In this document: positions 10,310 through 19,586 of the stretch, piece after piece
Numbering within the stretch: position 1 is the stretch's first letter
Layout: each line of letters starts with the position of its first letter
From: Candidatus Chazhemtobacterium aquaticus
GTDB lineage: Bacteria; Patescibacteriota; Microgenomatia; UBA1400; Chazhemtobacteraceae
Length of the DNA stretch: 64,000 bases
Direction of reading: 5' to 3'
NCBI RefSeq assembly: GCF_009936135.1
Contig: NZ_CP047901.1
Coordinates: 344,984-408,983, forward strand
Notes under the pieces: generated by a model
What the model was told of the DNA's origin: nothing
The model's input: only the letters and a program-made list of their open reading frames with translations
The model's database searches: none
Position numbers and translations under genes: made by a program

Positions 10310-12204
10310 AAAGACTATCTCACAACCCCATCCTAGTTCCAGAGCACGACTGGGAAAAAAGGGGCGCCTTTAACCCCAGTGTTATCAAAACCTCCACCAA
10401 GTATCATCTTCTCTATCGCGCCGTTGACCGGGAAGGAATATCTAGAATTGCCGCCGCTGATAGTAAAGACGGTCTCTCTTGGAATCATAAACACATCCTA
10501 ATTGAACCTAATCAAGACTTTGATCAATACGGCTGTGAAGATCCGCGAGTCACTTTTATAGATGATCAATACATCATCCTCTATACCGCCATCTCAATCT
10601 GGCCGCCAGAAGCCAAAGGGATTAAGTTAGCCATTGCCACTAGTAAAGATCTTAAGACCATTTCCTCCAAGAAACCTCTTACTCCCTTTAACGCTAAAGC
10701 AGCAGCCATTCTCCCTAAAAAAATTAACAACCAATACGTTATTGCTCTCACCGTAAATACCGACCATCCTCCTGCCAAAATCGCTCTTGCTTTCGCTGAC
10801 CAAATATCCGATTTCTACTCTCCTGACTACTGGCACAAATGGTACTCCAATCTTGATCAGCATCAACTCAATTTAAACCGCCTCAACTCTGATCAGGTAG
10901 AACTGGGCGCCGCCCCTCTTGAAATCCCTCAGGGTTGGCTTTGGTTCTATTCCCATATCCAAAACTACTACCAACCTGACAAGCGTATTTTTGGTATTGA
11001 GGCAGTCATTACTAAGGCAGAAGATCCAACCAGCATCATATCCCGCACTACCAAGCCTCTGCTTACCCCTCAAGCCGAATATGAAATATCCGGAGAAGTC
11101 AAAAACGTCATCTTCCCCAGTGGCGCTATCACGCTCAACCAAGGCTGGCGCGTCTATTACGGTGCTGCCGACACTTTTTCAGCCGCCGCCGAAATCACCA
11201 AGTCCTCTCTCCAACACAGTCTCGAGCAAACCAACTTAAAAGAGGTCCTTAAACTCAACAAGTCTCCTCACAATCCCATTCTTACTCCGGACCCTAATCG
11301 TCCTTGGGAAGCCAAAGCTGTTTTTAATCCTGCCGTCGTTTATGAACAAGGCGTCTTTCATCTCATTTACCGAGCCCTCTCACCTGACATGGTCTCCACC
11401 CTAGGTTATGCCATGAGTCATGATGGCGTCCATTTTGAAACTCGCTCTACTGAACCAATCTATGTTCCTCGTATGAGCTATGAACAAAAACAAGTCGATG
11501 GTAACTACTCTGGCTGTGAAGACCCTCGCATTGTTAAGGTTGGTAACCGCTTCTATATGTTCTACACCGCCTATGACGGCCAGGGACCACCACGTGTTGC
11601 CATGAGCTGGATTAAGGTTGATGATTTTGTCAAACATAACTGGCTCTGGAGTCCGCCAACCCTAATCTCCCCTCCCGGAATCGACAACAAAAACACCTGC
11701 ATCTTTCCTGAGAAAATTAATGGTAAATACCTAATGCTTCATCGCGTCGGTGGTCGCGACATTGCCATTGATTGGCTCATGGACTTAAATCACTTTGATG
11801 GACTAAACTGGCTTGAAAAAGAGGAATCAATCAGTCGTATCGAACACTCCTGGCAGGGAGAAAAAATCGGCATTGGTGCTCCTCCCATCAAAACTGACTC
11901 AGGCTGGCTCCTCATCTATCACGGAGTTTCTGATATCGACAGTCAATATCGTGCCGGTGCCATGCTACTCGATCTTGATGACCCAACTAAAGTCCTAGCT
12001 CGCACTCAATACCCCCTTCTTGAACCAACCGAAAGCTATGAGCAAAAAGGTCTGGTCAATAATGTCGTCTTCCCGTGTGGAGCCGCCGTCGCTCAAGGAC
12101 AACTCTTTGTCTATTACGGCGCTGCCGATCAATCAATTGGTGTTGCCACCATCGAACTTAACAAGCTCCTTAGTTATCTTAAAGACTCTCAACAAACCGA
12201 ATAA
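10306..12204 (+). CDS. tandem double GH130-family (DUF377) domain protein
   Basis: Two full repeats each carrying CEDPR (YGCEDPRVTFIDDQYIILYTA; SGCEDPRIVKVGNRFYMFYTAYDG) and C-terminal YYGAAD. Start overlaps the upstream stop (ATGA), consistent with coupling. Confidence 0.7.
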   Translation: MKRLSHNPILVPEHDWEKRGAFNPSVIKTSTKYHLLYRAVDREGISRIAAADSKDGLSWNHKHILIEPNQDFDQYGCEDPRVTFIDDQYIILYTAISIWPPEAKGIKLAIATSKDLKTISSKKPLTPFNAKAAAILPKKINNQYVIALTVNTDHPPAKIALAFADQISDFYSPDYWHKWYSNLDQHQLNLNRLNSDQVELGAAPLEIPQGWLWFYSHIQNYYQPDKRIFGIEAVITKAEDPTSIISRTTKPLLTPQAEYEISGEVKNVIFPSGAITLNQGWRVYYGAADTFSAAAEITKSSLQHSLEQTNLKEVLKLNKSPHNPILTPDPNRPWEAKAVFNPAVVYEQGVFHLIYRALSPDMVSTLGYAMSHDGVHFETRSTEPIYVPRMSYEQKQVDGNYSGCEDPRIVKVGNRFYMFYTAYDGQGPPRVAMSWIKVDDFVKHNWLWSPPTLISPPGIDNKNTCIFPEKINGKYLMLHRVGGRDIAIDWLMDLNHFDGLNWLEKEESISRIEHSWQGEKIGIGAPPIKTDSGWLLIYHGVSDIDSQYRAGAMLLDLDDPTKVLARTQYPLLEPTESYEQKGLVNNVVFPCGAAVAQGQLFVYYGAADQSIGVATIELNKLLSYLKDSQQTE

Positions 12205-12221
12205 AACGCCTTTTCTCCTTC

Positions 12222-12998
12222 CTATCTATACAACCACACACAAACAACCAACAAAGTTACTGATACTAAGTAGCTCAGCATAAACACCCGTCTCTTCTCT
12301 TTCCACTCGTCATATTTCACCCGTTCAATAAACTTACCCGGAGTCCGTTTGACCACAAACGATTTGTAAAACTCAACCAATATCCGTTCCAATCCCGCCG
12401 CTCCCATAATCAAAATCAATAAACTGTTAGTTAAGCTCTGTAGTAACCAGAAACACCCCATGATCAGTAAAAAACTTCTCGGAAACTTCAACCAATTAAA
12501 CCCCTCAATAGGTGCATCTTTCCATGCTCCCCCTACAGAAGCAAATACCGCCACTAACAAACCAACCGCCAACCACAATACCCCTTCAGTCTTAACCTGA
12601 GCTGCCCAATAACTTGCCCCAACCAGAAACAATATGGCCCCAACCCCCAAAGGCAACCTCCAACGATAGGGGACTACTCTTCCAAAATAATGAAAAGACT
12701 GAGGTATCTTGTATATCCCCTCTCGCTGCTTTCGCCTAAACAAACCCTTCCATATTTCATGGCTAATTCTTTCAAAAGCCATTGCCGCCAGCACCAGCAC
12801 TATTACACTTGCCTCCATGCCAAACATCTCTACCATCCATCCAAGTAGCACAAAGAAACCCAAAGTACTCACCACTGATCTAAAAAAACTTTTCCATTCA
12901 AATCCCTCATAAGGCGTATCCTTATACGCTCCCCAAGAGGCAGTCATCAATCCTGCCAGTATTGCCATAGTCAACTCAAAAAACATATTCACATTCAT
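12222..12998 (-). CDS. polytopic membrane protein built from an internal tandem duplication, family unknown
   Basis: The two halves share the motifs SWGAYKDTPYEGFEWKSFFRS / GGAWKDAPIEGFNWLKFPRS and AFERISHE / GLERILVE, each followed by hydrophobic helices. Confidence 0.55.
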   Translation of the reverse strand: MNVNMFFELTMAILAGLMTASWGAYKDTPYEGFEWKSFFRSVVSTLGFFVLLGWMVEMFGMEASVIVLVLAAMAFERISHEIWKGLFRRKQREGIYKIPQSFHYFGRVVPYRWRLPLGVGAILFLVGASYWAAQVKTEGVLWLAVGLLVAVFASVGGAWKDAPIEGFNWLKFPRSFLLIMGCFWLLQSLTNSLLILIMGAAGLERILVEFYKSFVVKRTPGKFIERVKYDEWKEKRRVFMLSYLVSVTLLVVCVWLYR

Positions 12999-13075
12999 AT
13001 ACCCATTCTCTCCCTACTAGCCTCGCAAGTAAACCTTTTGTTAACAGTCAACGTCAACTCAACAAAACTCATTTG

Positions 13076-13146
13076 TTGCCGGGCTAGGACTCGAACCTAG
13101 GTTAACGGGGCCAGAACCCGCCGTCCTACCACTAGACGACCCGGCA
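13076..13146 (-). tRNA. tRNA-Gln (anticodon CUG)
   Basis: Manual cloverleaf fold on the minus strand: U1-A72 acceptor, D-stem GUCU/GGAC, anticodon stem GCGGG/CCCGU with loop UUCUGGC, T-arm CUAGG-UUCGAGU-CCUAG. CCA is not encoded. Confidence 0.8.
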
Positions 13147-13235
13147 ATAACCTTCATATTTTAACATTCTCGCCACGGCAATTATAGGTTATAATCATTC
13201 CACCTACTGGCTTGTACCTTAAAGGAGTGGTAGCG

Positions 13236-13466
13236 ATGGTCCAAGTAGATAGCAATCGTCTCGGTGTTGCGATTCTCCACGCGCTAATCAGGCACTGCTT
13301 CTTAAATGAGGACGACTTGTTCCAGGTTGTCACTGAAGCAGAGGTATTAGAAAGCGAAACGGCAGTCTCTCGCGACGAATTTGACGAGGCCCTCAAACAG
13401 CTTGAAGACAACGATCTTATCGTCTTCGGCCAAGTCTACGCTGATTGTTGGTCGCGCAAGTTCTAA
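13236..13466 (+). CDS. small acidic hypothetical protein (76 aa)
   Basis: AGGAG 7 nt upstream of the ATG, TATAAT-like box upstream, and a strong terminator immediately downstream. GC is locally higher than in the neighbours. Confidence 0.4.
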   Translation: MVQVDSNRLGVAILHALIRHCFLNEDDLFQVVTEAEVLESETAVSRDEFDEALKQLEDNDLIVFGQVYADCWSRKF

Positions 13467-13473
13467 GCAAACT

Positions 13474-13510
13474 ACCCGGTCTGGGATCACTGCCCTGACC
13501 GGGTTTTTAT
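13474..13510 (+). terminator. Rho-independent terminator
   Basis: Hairpin ACCCGGTC...GACCGGGT followed by TTTTTA. Confidence 0.6.
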
Positions 13511-13574
13511 TGACATTCTCACCCTGCTCGTCATACACTCTTAACATACCCAAATAATTCCCGAATAAGCATCC

Positions 13575-14753
13575 ATGAGCAAAGCTGAACCACTAGCCTC
13601 TCAAATCCGCCCCACCACCCTTGATGATTACATCGGCCAATCTCATCTCGTTGGCAAGGATAAACCTCTTCGTGTAGCCATAGAATCCCAACACCTTTTC
13701 TCTATGATTTTCTGGGGTCCTCCCGGCACTGGTAAAACCACTCTCGCCAAAATCTACGCCAAAGCTCTCAATGCCCACTTTCATGAACTCTCAGCCGTCT
13801 CTGCCGGTAAAGATGACGTCAGAAAAATCATTAAGCAATCCCAAGACGCACTCCAGCCTGGCATTCTTTTCCTTGATGAGATTCATCGCTTCAACAAAGC
13901 CCAGCAAGATTACCTCCTCCCGTATGTTGAGTCAGGTACCATCACCCTCATCGGTGCTACCACCGAAAATCCAAGCTTTGAGGTCATCTCCCCTCTCCTC
14001 TCTCGCTGCCGTATCTTTACTCTCAATGAGCTTACCGATCAAGAAATGCTCATCATCATCAACCGTTCTTTAAAAAAACTAACCACCACCGCCAGTCAAA
14101 CCGCCAAAGACTGGCTTGTCCGCATGGCTAATGGCGACGCCCGCCAAGCCATCACCATGATTGACAACACCTACCAACTGTACCGCAAAATTACCCTCAA
14201 AAATCTCAAAAACACCCTCCAAAACCCCTACCTTCGTTTCGACAAAAAAGGTGAAGAACACTACAACACCATCTCCGCTTTTATCAAAAGCATGCGTGCT
14301 GGCGATGTCAACGCCACCCTCTACTATCTCGCTCGCATGGTCAATGCCGGCGAAGACCCCAAGTTTATAGCCAGAAGAATGGTCATCTTCGCCAGTGAAG
14401 ACATTGGTTTAGCGGCCCCCACCGCCTTAGTTGTCGCCAATGAAGTTTTCAGAGCCGTTGAAACCATCGGCTACCCTGAATGTCAGATTAACCTCGCTCA
14501 TGGTGCCGCCTACCTCGCCTCCTGTCGCAAAGACAAAAGCGCCTATCACGCCTACTTTAAGGCTCTAGACGACGTCAAAAATCTAGGCAATCTCCCCATT
14601 CCTTTAAACTTAAGAAACGCCCCTACCAAACTTATGAAAAACCTAGGCTACGGCCAAGGATATCAACCTTACACCAAAGCAAGCCTGCTTCCTGAGAAGA
14701 TAAAAAACAAGCAATACTTCACTAGCTCCAAACCAGCCAAAAAAACTCCCTAA
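13575..14753 (+). CDS. rarA: replication-associated recombination protein A (AAA+ ATPase RarA/MgsA)
   Basis: Walker [16 protein letters not shown], Walker [13 protein letters not shown], and the RarA C-terminal region. Confidence 0.85.
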   Translation: MSKAEPLASQIRPTTLDDYIGQSHLVGKDKPLRVAIESQHLFSMIFWGPPGTGKTTLAKIYAKALNAHFHELSAVSAGKDDVRKIIKQSQDALQPGILFLDEIHRFNKAQQDYLLPYVESGTITLIGATTENPSFEVISPLLSRCRIFTLNELTDQEMLIIINRSLKKLTTTASQTAKDWLVRMANGDARQAITMIDNTYQLYRKITLKNLKNTLQNPYLRFDKKGEEHYNTISAFIKSMRAGDVNATLYYLARMVNAGEDPKFIARRMVIFASEDIGLAAPTALVVANEVFRAVETIGYPECQINLAHGAAYLASCRKDKSAYHAYFKALDDVKNLGNLPIPLNLRNAPTKLMKNLGYGQGYQPYTKASLLPEKIKNKQYFTSSKPAKKTP

Positions 14754-15493
14754 CTTAAACTATTCTCCCTGTTCCATTTTTCTGCCTCTACAATAATCCT
14801 CCGCATCATTCTCACTGACTCAACAGGATACTTGCCGATTGCCGTCTCCTCCGACAACATAACCGCTGATGAGTGCTCAAAAATCGCATTAGCTACATCC
14901 GATACCTCTGCCCTAGTTGGTTCTGACTTTTCAACCATTGACAGCAACATCTCGGTTGCCGTAATCAAAAACTTTCCTGCTTCCAAAGTCTTTCTTGTAA
15001 ACTCTTTCTGCAGTGGCGGCACTCGCTCTACAGGCACAGCCCTACCCAAATCACCTCTGGCCACCATAATCCCATCCGATACCGCCAAGATCTTCTCAAA
15101 GTTTTCTACTCCCAGTCTTGACTCAATTTTTGCAATCACTCTCACTTTCTTCATCCTCTCTCTAACCTCCACAATCTGTTCCTCTCTCTCTGCAAACGAC
15201 ACTGCTACCACCCCTATCCCCTTTGCCCGTGCATACTCTAAAGCTCCCAACTCCTTAATATCCCAAATAACCTCAACTCCTCCGCCAACCTCTTCCAGAC
15301 TATCAAGTACCATCTCATATTGCCCCTCATCTCCATACGCTGTATTAATCCGCACATAATCAATTCCCGCTTCCACTAACTCCTTCACTAAACCAACCGA
15401 AGCTGGTCCAATCGTGGCAATTATCTTTGTTTCTATCTCTTCCATCTCCTCTATTCTACCTACTTTTCCTCTCTCTATCACCACCACCCACAA
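14750..15493 (-). CDS. pyruvate-kinase-like barrel-only protein lacking the B (lid) and C-terminal regulatory domains
   Basis: PK catalytic blocks KIIATIGPAS, MVARGDLG, ATEMLLSM, TRAEVSDVANAI and MLSEETAIGKYP are present in only 247 aa. Confidence 0.6.
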   Translation of the reverse strand: MWVVVIERGKVGRIEEMEEIETKIIATIGPASVGLVKELVEAGIDYVRINTAYGDEGQYEMVLDSLEEVGGGVEVIWDIKELGALEYARAKGIGVVAVSFAEREEQIVEVRERMKKVRVIAKIESRLGVENFEKILAVSDGIMVARGDLGRAVPVERVPPLQKEFTRKTLEAGKFLITATEMLLSMVEKSEPTRAEVSDVANAIFEHSSAVMLSEETAIGKYPVESVRMMRRIIVEAEKWNRENSLS

Positions 15494-15591
15494 ACTATTT
15501 TTATACGGTATACCAGCTCAATATTGACAAAGACCCATAATAATCGTAAAATTACCCCTATCGCACATTGAGTTGACCAAGGAGTCAAACG

Positions 15592-16686
15592 GTGAAAAAG
15601 TTTTTTCTCCCGCTCTTGCTAGTCGTCGTGCTGGCGATGCCTTTCGTACACGCCAGCCCCGCCCAAGCCACGGGGGCAGTCTGCCCTCCTGGCAACGTCA
15701 AATGGGAGACCGACGGTGGTTATGAGTACACCGACGGCAGCGCCACAGTAAGTGGCAACGCCGATCAGGTGACCGTCACCGCCACCGAAGGATATGAGGT
15801 CGTCGGGGTCTGCATCAAAATCGGGGGTCCCGGTGGTGGCGAAACGATATCGTTCACCTCAGCCGGAACATTCGGCCCGTTCGCCTACGGCATCTCGCAT
15901 GTCGTGGTGACAACCAGGCCAGCGACGCCCCCTCCGCCTCCGCCTCCGCCCCCTCCGCCTCCGCCTCCGCCCCCTCCGCCTCCGCCCCCTCCGCCCCCTC
16001 CGCCCCCTCCGCCCCCTCCGCCCGGGGTGAACACCTTAACGGTGACCCCAACAGTGGACTGTGAGGGATGGAGCATCCTGATTCAAGCATCAGAGGGTGC
16101 GAGCATCTCCGGCAGCCCGGGCATCAGCGGCGACTGGTCCCAGGTCACATCCGTATCAGTCACGGTTACCGCAACCTGGACCGAAGGCGAACCGCTGACC
16201 ATTCAATGGGCAGAGACTCTCTCTTTGCCCGAAGACTGTGGCGTCGTTCCTCCGCCCCCACCTCCTCCGCCCCAGGACACACCCACACCCGTACCCCCGC
16301 CCTGGAAGCCCGGAGCATATCAGTGCACCGTCATGACCGGCGTCACCGGAACGACCTACGAAATCTACTGGGTCGCGGGAGATGGCAGCATTGGAGGCCT
16401 CTCTCAACCGGCTCAAGGGCTCGGACCTAACGGCGAAGCGCAAGTCTTTTTCAGCAACAGCGGCAACTACATCGTAGTGGCCAATTCCGCTGTAATCGCG
16501 CGCTTCTCTATGCCCGGATGCGCCCCGATGGACGCTCCTCCTGCCACACCGGCGCCCCCTACCGGCACCGGCGGACCGTCAACACCCAGCTCGCTTGCTG
16601 GAGTCGGAGCCATCGGCTTCCTGGCGGTTCTCCTCGGCGGGGCACTCCTGTTCGTTATTCCCCGGCGCTTCGGCCAGGACAGCTAG
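15592..16686 (+). CDS. cell-surface protein with signal peptide, 32-residue polyproline linker, second Pro-rich linker and C-terminal TM anchor with basic tail
   Basis: GTG start 7 nt after AAGGAG. N-terminal hydrophobic signal, Pro run from 15928 to 16023, and C-terminal GAIGFLAVLLGGALLFVIPRR. Local GC ~60% against ~43% background. Confidence 0.7.
   Translation: MKKFFLPLLLVVVLAMPFVHASPAQATGAVCPPGNVKWETDGGYEYTDGSATVSGNADQVTVTATEGYEVVGVCIKIGGPGGGETISFTSAGTFGPFAYGISHVVVTTRPATPPPPPPPPPPPPPPPPPPPPPPPPPPPPPPPPGVNTLTVTPTVDCEGWSILIQASEGASISGSPGISGDWSQVTSVSVTVTATWTEGEPLTIQWAETLSLPEDCGVVPPPPPPPPQDTPTPVPPPWKPGAYQCTVMTGVTGTTYEIYWVAGDGSIGGLSQPAQGLGPNGEAQVFFSNSGNYIVVANSAVIARFSMPGCAPMDAPPATPAPPTGTGGPSTPSSLAGVGAIGFLAVLLGGALLFVIPRRFGQDS
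15928..16023 (+). repeat. 32 consecutive proline codons (CCN)n, microsatellite-like, within the surface-protein gene
   Basis: Direct reading: cccctccgcctccgcctccgccccct... continues uninterrupted for 96 nt. Confidence 0.9.
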
Positions 16687-16705
16687 TCAACTCTGCACCT
16701 CGTTA

Positions 16706-16743
16706 GGCACCAATCTTTACCAAAAGGTTGGTGCCTTTTTTTG
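16706..16743 (+). terminator. Rho-independent terminator
   Basis: GGCACCAA...TTGGTGCC hairpin followed by TTTTTTTT. Confidence 0.65.
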
Positions 16744-16820
16744 TTTATTTCCATTGACTTATCCCCCAAAACATCCTATAATAATAACATCGCACATACA
16801 CATAGGAGGACAAACAAATC

Positions 16821-17570
16821 ATGGTTCGCCATTTCCTGTTCATTGTATTAACCCTCTCTCTCTTAACCTCTCCGGCGGTCTTTGCCGATGGTGGGGTAGG
16901 TGGTCCCAAACCAATCGACTTCTCCTCAAGGGGGCCTGTCACATTCGTATTTCCCTGCCCCTTGCGGGACAACCGAGAAGTCAGGATCACTCTCACCCCC
17001 ATCACTGCGGAGAGTGTCCATTTTGATCCTGACAACCTTCAGGGTTACGAAGAGGTCATCCCCTTCGCAAACCCAAGCATCCGGGTCGACCTTTGGATGA
17101 CTCACTCAGGCTGGTGGGACAACCAAGAGAATCCGGCCGACATTTTAAGGGAATGTGTTCAGGGTGGTGGTAACAACACTACCTGGACGCTATCACTCGA
17201 GAGTGACATGTGGGCGAATATCGACATGCTCGTGTCACGCCCTATAGAGGTCTCCCAAGGCGACCAGATTACCACCATGCAAATCGTCGCCGCCACAGTG
17301 GTAGGTCACGAATACTTAGAAGAATACTCTCAAGACGTTCGTGGCATCCCTGGTCTACTGGCCGAAATAGATCCACGCTTCGAGGATCTGCTCACGTTCC
17401 ACTTCACCCCTGATCCGCAGGTGCAGGACTTTTTTTTGATCACCTGCTTATGGGGACCGTATGGCCAACCATGGCGTTCGTACAGCCAGACACACGGCTA
17501 TTATGAATACGCTCGCCTTGTTCTTTGGCTTCGGGTCAATACTGACCCACAGGAAGGCTCTTTACCTTGA
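16821..17570 (+). CDS. secreted hypothetical protein
   Basis: Signal peptide MVRHFLFIVLTLSLLTSPAVFA. GC is moderately elevated. No known motif. Confidence 0.55.
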   Translation: MVRHFLFIVLTLSLLTSPAVFADGGVGGPKPIDFSSRGPVTFVFPCPLRDNREVRITLTPITAESVHFDPDNLQGYEEVIPFANPSIRVDLWMTHSGWWDNQENPADILRECVQGGGNNTTWTLSLESDMWANIDMLVSRPIEVSQGDQITTMQIVAATVVGHEYLEEYSQDVRGIPGLLAEIDPRFEDLLTFHFTPDPQVQDFFLITCLWGPYGQPWRSYSQTHGYYEYARLVLWLRVNTDPQEGSLP

Positions 17571-17640
17571 ACCCAAGGTAAACCCTTCCTTTTTTTGTTT
17601 CCCTAAAACCTTACAACCGCAGAATCGATATAATCAGTGT

Positions 17641-18267
17641 ATGCACAGTCTTCTAAGAAAGTTTTTTCGTCTCCCCACTTCCATTCTTTTCTTTCTCCTC
17701 TTTATTATCTTCGTCCTACTTCACAACTTCATATACACCTTAACCAGTGTTGAGGAAGCTCTTTTTTTCTCCCTTGCTCTCATCTCGGTTCTCATCTCAC
17801 TCATATCTACTCTCAATCGCTTTCTTAACCTAATGACTTTTTTTCTATCTTCCCACCTATCCATATCACCCAAGAAATCATCCTCCCTCATTCAGTCTCT
17901 GCTTATTACTCACACCATCTTCTCCTGGTTTGCCATTATTCTCCTTCTCTTCGCCTACTCCTCCATCTGGCCACTCTTAAGCAATATCCCCTTTATTCCT
18001 CCTCCTTTCTACACTCTTGTTGCCTTCTTAATTTTCCCTCCCACTCTCTTTCAAACATTCATTCTTCTTAAACACAAACTCAGTAAAATCTCACTCAACC
18101 TAATCGCCTGGTCTGCTTTTGTTCCCGCTATCATCATTACAGCTGCCCTAACACTTACCAACTTTCCTCTTTACCCATCAGCCCATCTTGGCCTAAGCCT
18201 GTTAAGCCTCTCCTTCTTCATCCTTGGACTAACCTATCTCACCTTCTCCCACAAACTCAAGGCTTAA
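17641..18267 (+). CDS. polytopic membrane protein (hypothetical)
   Basis: Several predicted TM helices in a T-rich segment. The start is set at an internal Met because the longer ORF overlaps the upstream gene. Confidence 0.45.
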   Translation: MHSLLRKFFRLPTSILFFLLFIIFVLLHNFIYTLTSVEEALFFSLALISVLISLISTLNRFLNLMTFFLSSHLSISPKKSSSLIQSLLITHTIFSWFAIILLLFAYSSIWPLLSNIPFIPPPFYTLVAFLIFPPTLFQTFILLKHKLSKISLNLIAWSAFVPAIIITAALTLTNFPLYPSAHLGLSLLSLSFFILGLTYLTFSHKLKA

Positions 18268-18511
18268 CCTTGTATCCCAACTTAACTATCTCTTCCTTTA
18301 TCTTCTTCTCACTCACTTTCCCTTTGTCATAAACCACGACTGTCTTACCCTTAGCATAACTTGTCCTTGCCTCCACTACTCCCGGCAACTCCTCCAATAC
18401 TCCATCAATATTGACGCTACAACTAACACAATGCATATCATCAATCTCCATCTCCAGCCTCTCCCCATCCAACTGCTTCTTTTTAAATAAATTAAACATA
18501 TCTACCAACAA
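18257..18511 (-). CDS. copZ: copper chaperone CopZ-like heavy-metal-associated (HMA) domain protein
   Basis: MHCVSC (MxCxxC) motif in an HMA fold. The true start may be the internal Met (MEIDDMHC). Confidence 0.7.
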   Translation of the reverse strand: MLVDMFNLFKKKQLDGERLEMEIDDMHCVSCSVNIDGVLEELPGVVEARTSYAKGKTVVVYDKGKVSEKKIKEEIVKLGYKVKP

Positions 18512-18521
18512 ACTTAATTAA

Positions 18522-19571
18522 CTAAATTACCTTCATTACTCCTGTATACATCCCCATCGAACACGAGAAGGTAAACATTCCCTTTTCCGTCGGGGTGAAT
18601 CTAACCACCCTTTCATCAACTGGATCCAGAAACTCATTAATCTTAAACTGCTTGAAGGTAAATGCTAGTGCACAAGAATATACCCCATCGCTTTTAATTG
18701 TCATCTCTACTGGTATTCCAGCTTTCACTGTAAACGATTTAGGGGAATATCCATTATTCTTTATCTCTACCGTCACCTTTTGTACCCCATCAACTACCTC
18801 CACCAAGTTATCGTCACCAATCTGACTCATTGGTGTCGTCACTAAGTAGGTAATTTTCTGCCAATTTATTGGAAAATTAATCACTGTCAACACTCCGTTA
18901 AGATAATACAAACTCATAAAAATCAAACCCACTGCCGCTATCTGCAAGAACCACTTGTTCCATCTTTCTGACAACTTTGCCGTTGCCACCCCCACAATCG
19001 CGAACAGCGGTGAAGTCCCCAATACAAACGAAAACATCACCAAAGCCCCCATAACTGGATTGCCTGTATTGATTGCCAACACCTCCATGGCTTGAGTCAC
19101 GCCACAAGGAATAAAGATGGTCATTGCTCCTAATACCATCGGCGCAAACAACGCCTTACTTTTTGTCGTATTCCTAATCCATCTATTTACAAACCTCGGC
19201 GGCTGGATCAGTACATATCTAAATACTGGATGAACCTCAAACAGGTTCATCGCTGTTGCCAGCATAAACAACACCGTAAATATCTGGAAAGCCAGTCTTG
19301 CCTCAAGGCTTAAAGTAATCACTGATCCCAGAGCACCAAGTAAGAATCCAAATATCGTGTGCACCACCAATTTAGACAACAAAAACATCCCTGCTGGTAA
19401 CCAATCAAGTGCATCAAGCTCCATTAATCCCTGCTTTGACTTACCTTGTCCTAGCTCCTCACCTTTTTGATTCGCAATCACACTTGCCAACAACCCTCCC
19501 TGCATCGCCAAACAAGAGATCCCTCCTGTTGTTAAACCAGTTAAGAAAATAATCCAATAGTTCATAGCCAA
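18522..19571 (-). CDS. polytopic membrane protein with C-terminal cupredoxin-like metal-binding domain
   Basis: About 8 TM helices, then a soluble beta domain ending FTPTEKGMFTFSCSMGMYTGVMKV, homologous to the domain encoded at 21815-22207. Confidence 0.6.
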   Translation of the reverse strand: MAMNYWIIFLTGLTTGGISCLAMQGGLLASVIANQKGEELGQGKSKQGLMELDALDWLPAGMFLLSKLVVHTIFGFLLGALGSVITLSLEARLAFQIFTVLFMLATAMNLFEVHPVFRYVLIQPPRFVNRWIRNTTKSKALFAPMVLGAMTIFIPCGVTQAMEVLAINTGNPVMGALVMFSFVLGTSPLFAIVGVATAKLSERWNKWFLQIAAVGLIFMSLYYLNGVLTVINFPINWQKITYLVTTPMSQIGDDNLVEVVDGVQKVTVEIKNNGYSPKSFTVKAGIPVEMTIKSDGVYSCALAFTFKQFKINEFLDPVDERVVRFTPTEKGMFTFSCSMGMYTGVMKVI

Positions 19572-19586
19572 GACAAAGTCATAATC

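Noticed and set aside
14832-15359. Plus-strand 175-aa S/T-rich ORF
   Set aside because: It is antisense to the pyruvate-kinase-like gene, which has clear catalytic motifs.
15854-16443. Several ORFs (15854-16090, 15885-16076 poly-Gly, 16068-16430, 16156-16443) overlapping the polyproline surface-protein gene
   Set aside because: They are antisense or out-of-frame readings of a GC-rich repeat. Poly-Gly is simply the reverse complement of the (CCN)n tract. The plus-frame secreted protein with signal peptide and anchor explains the region.
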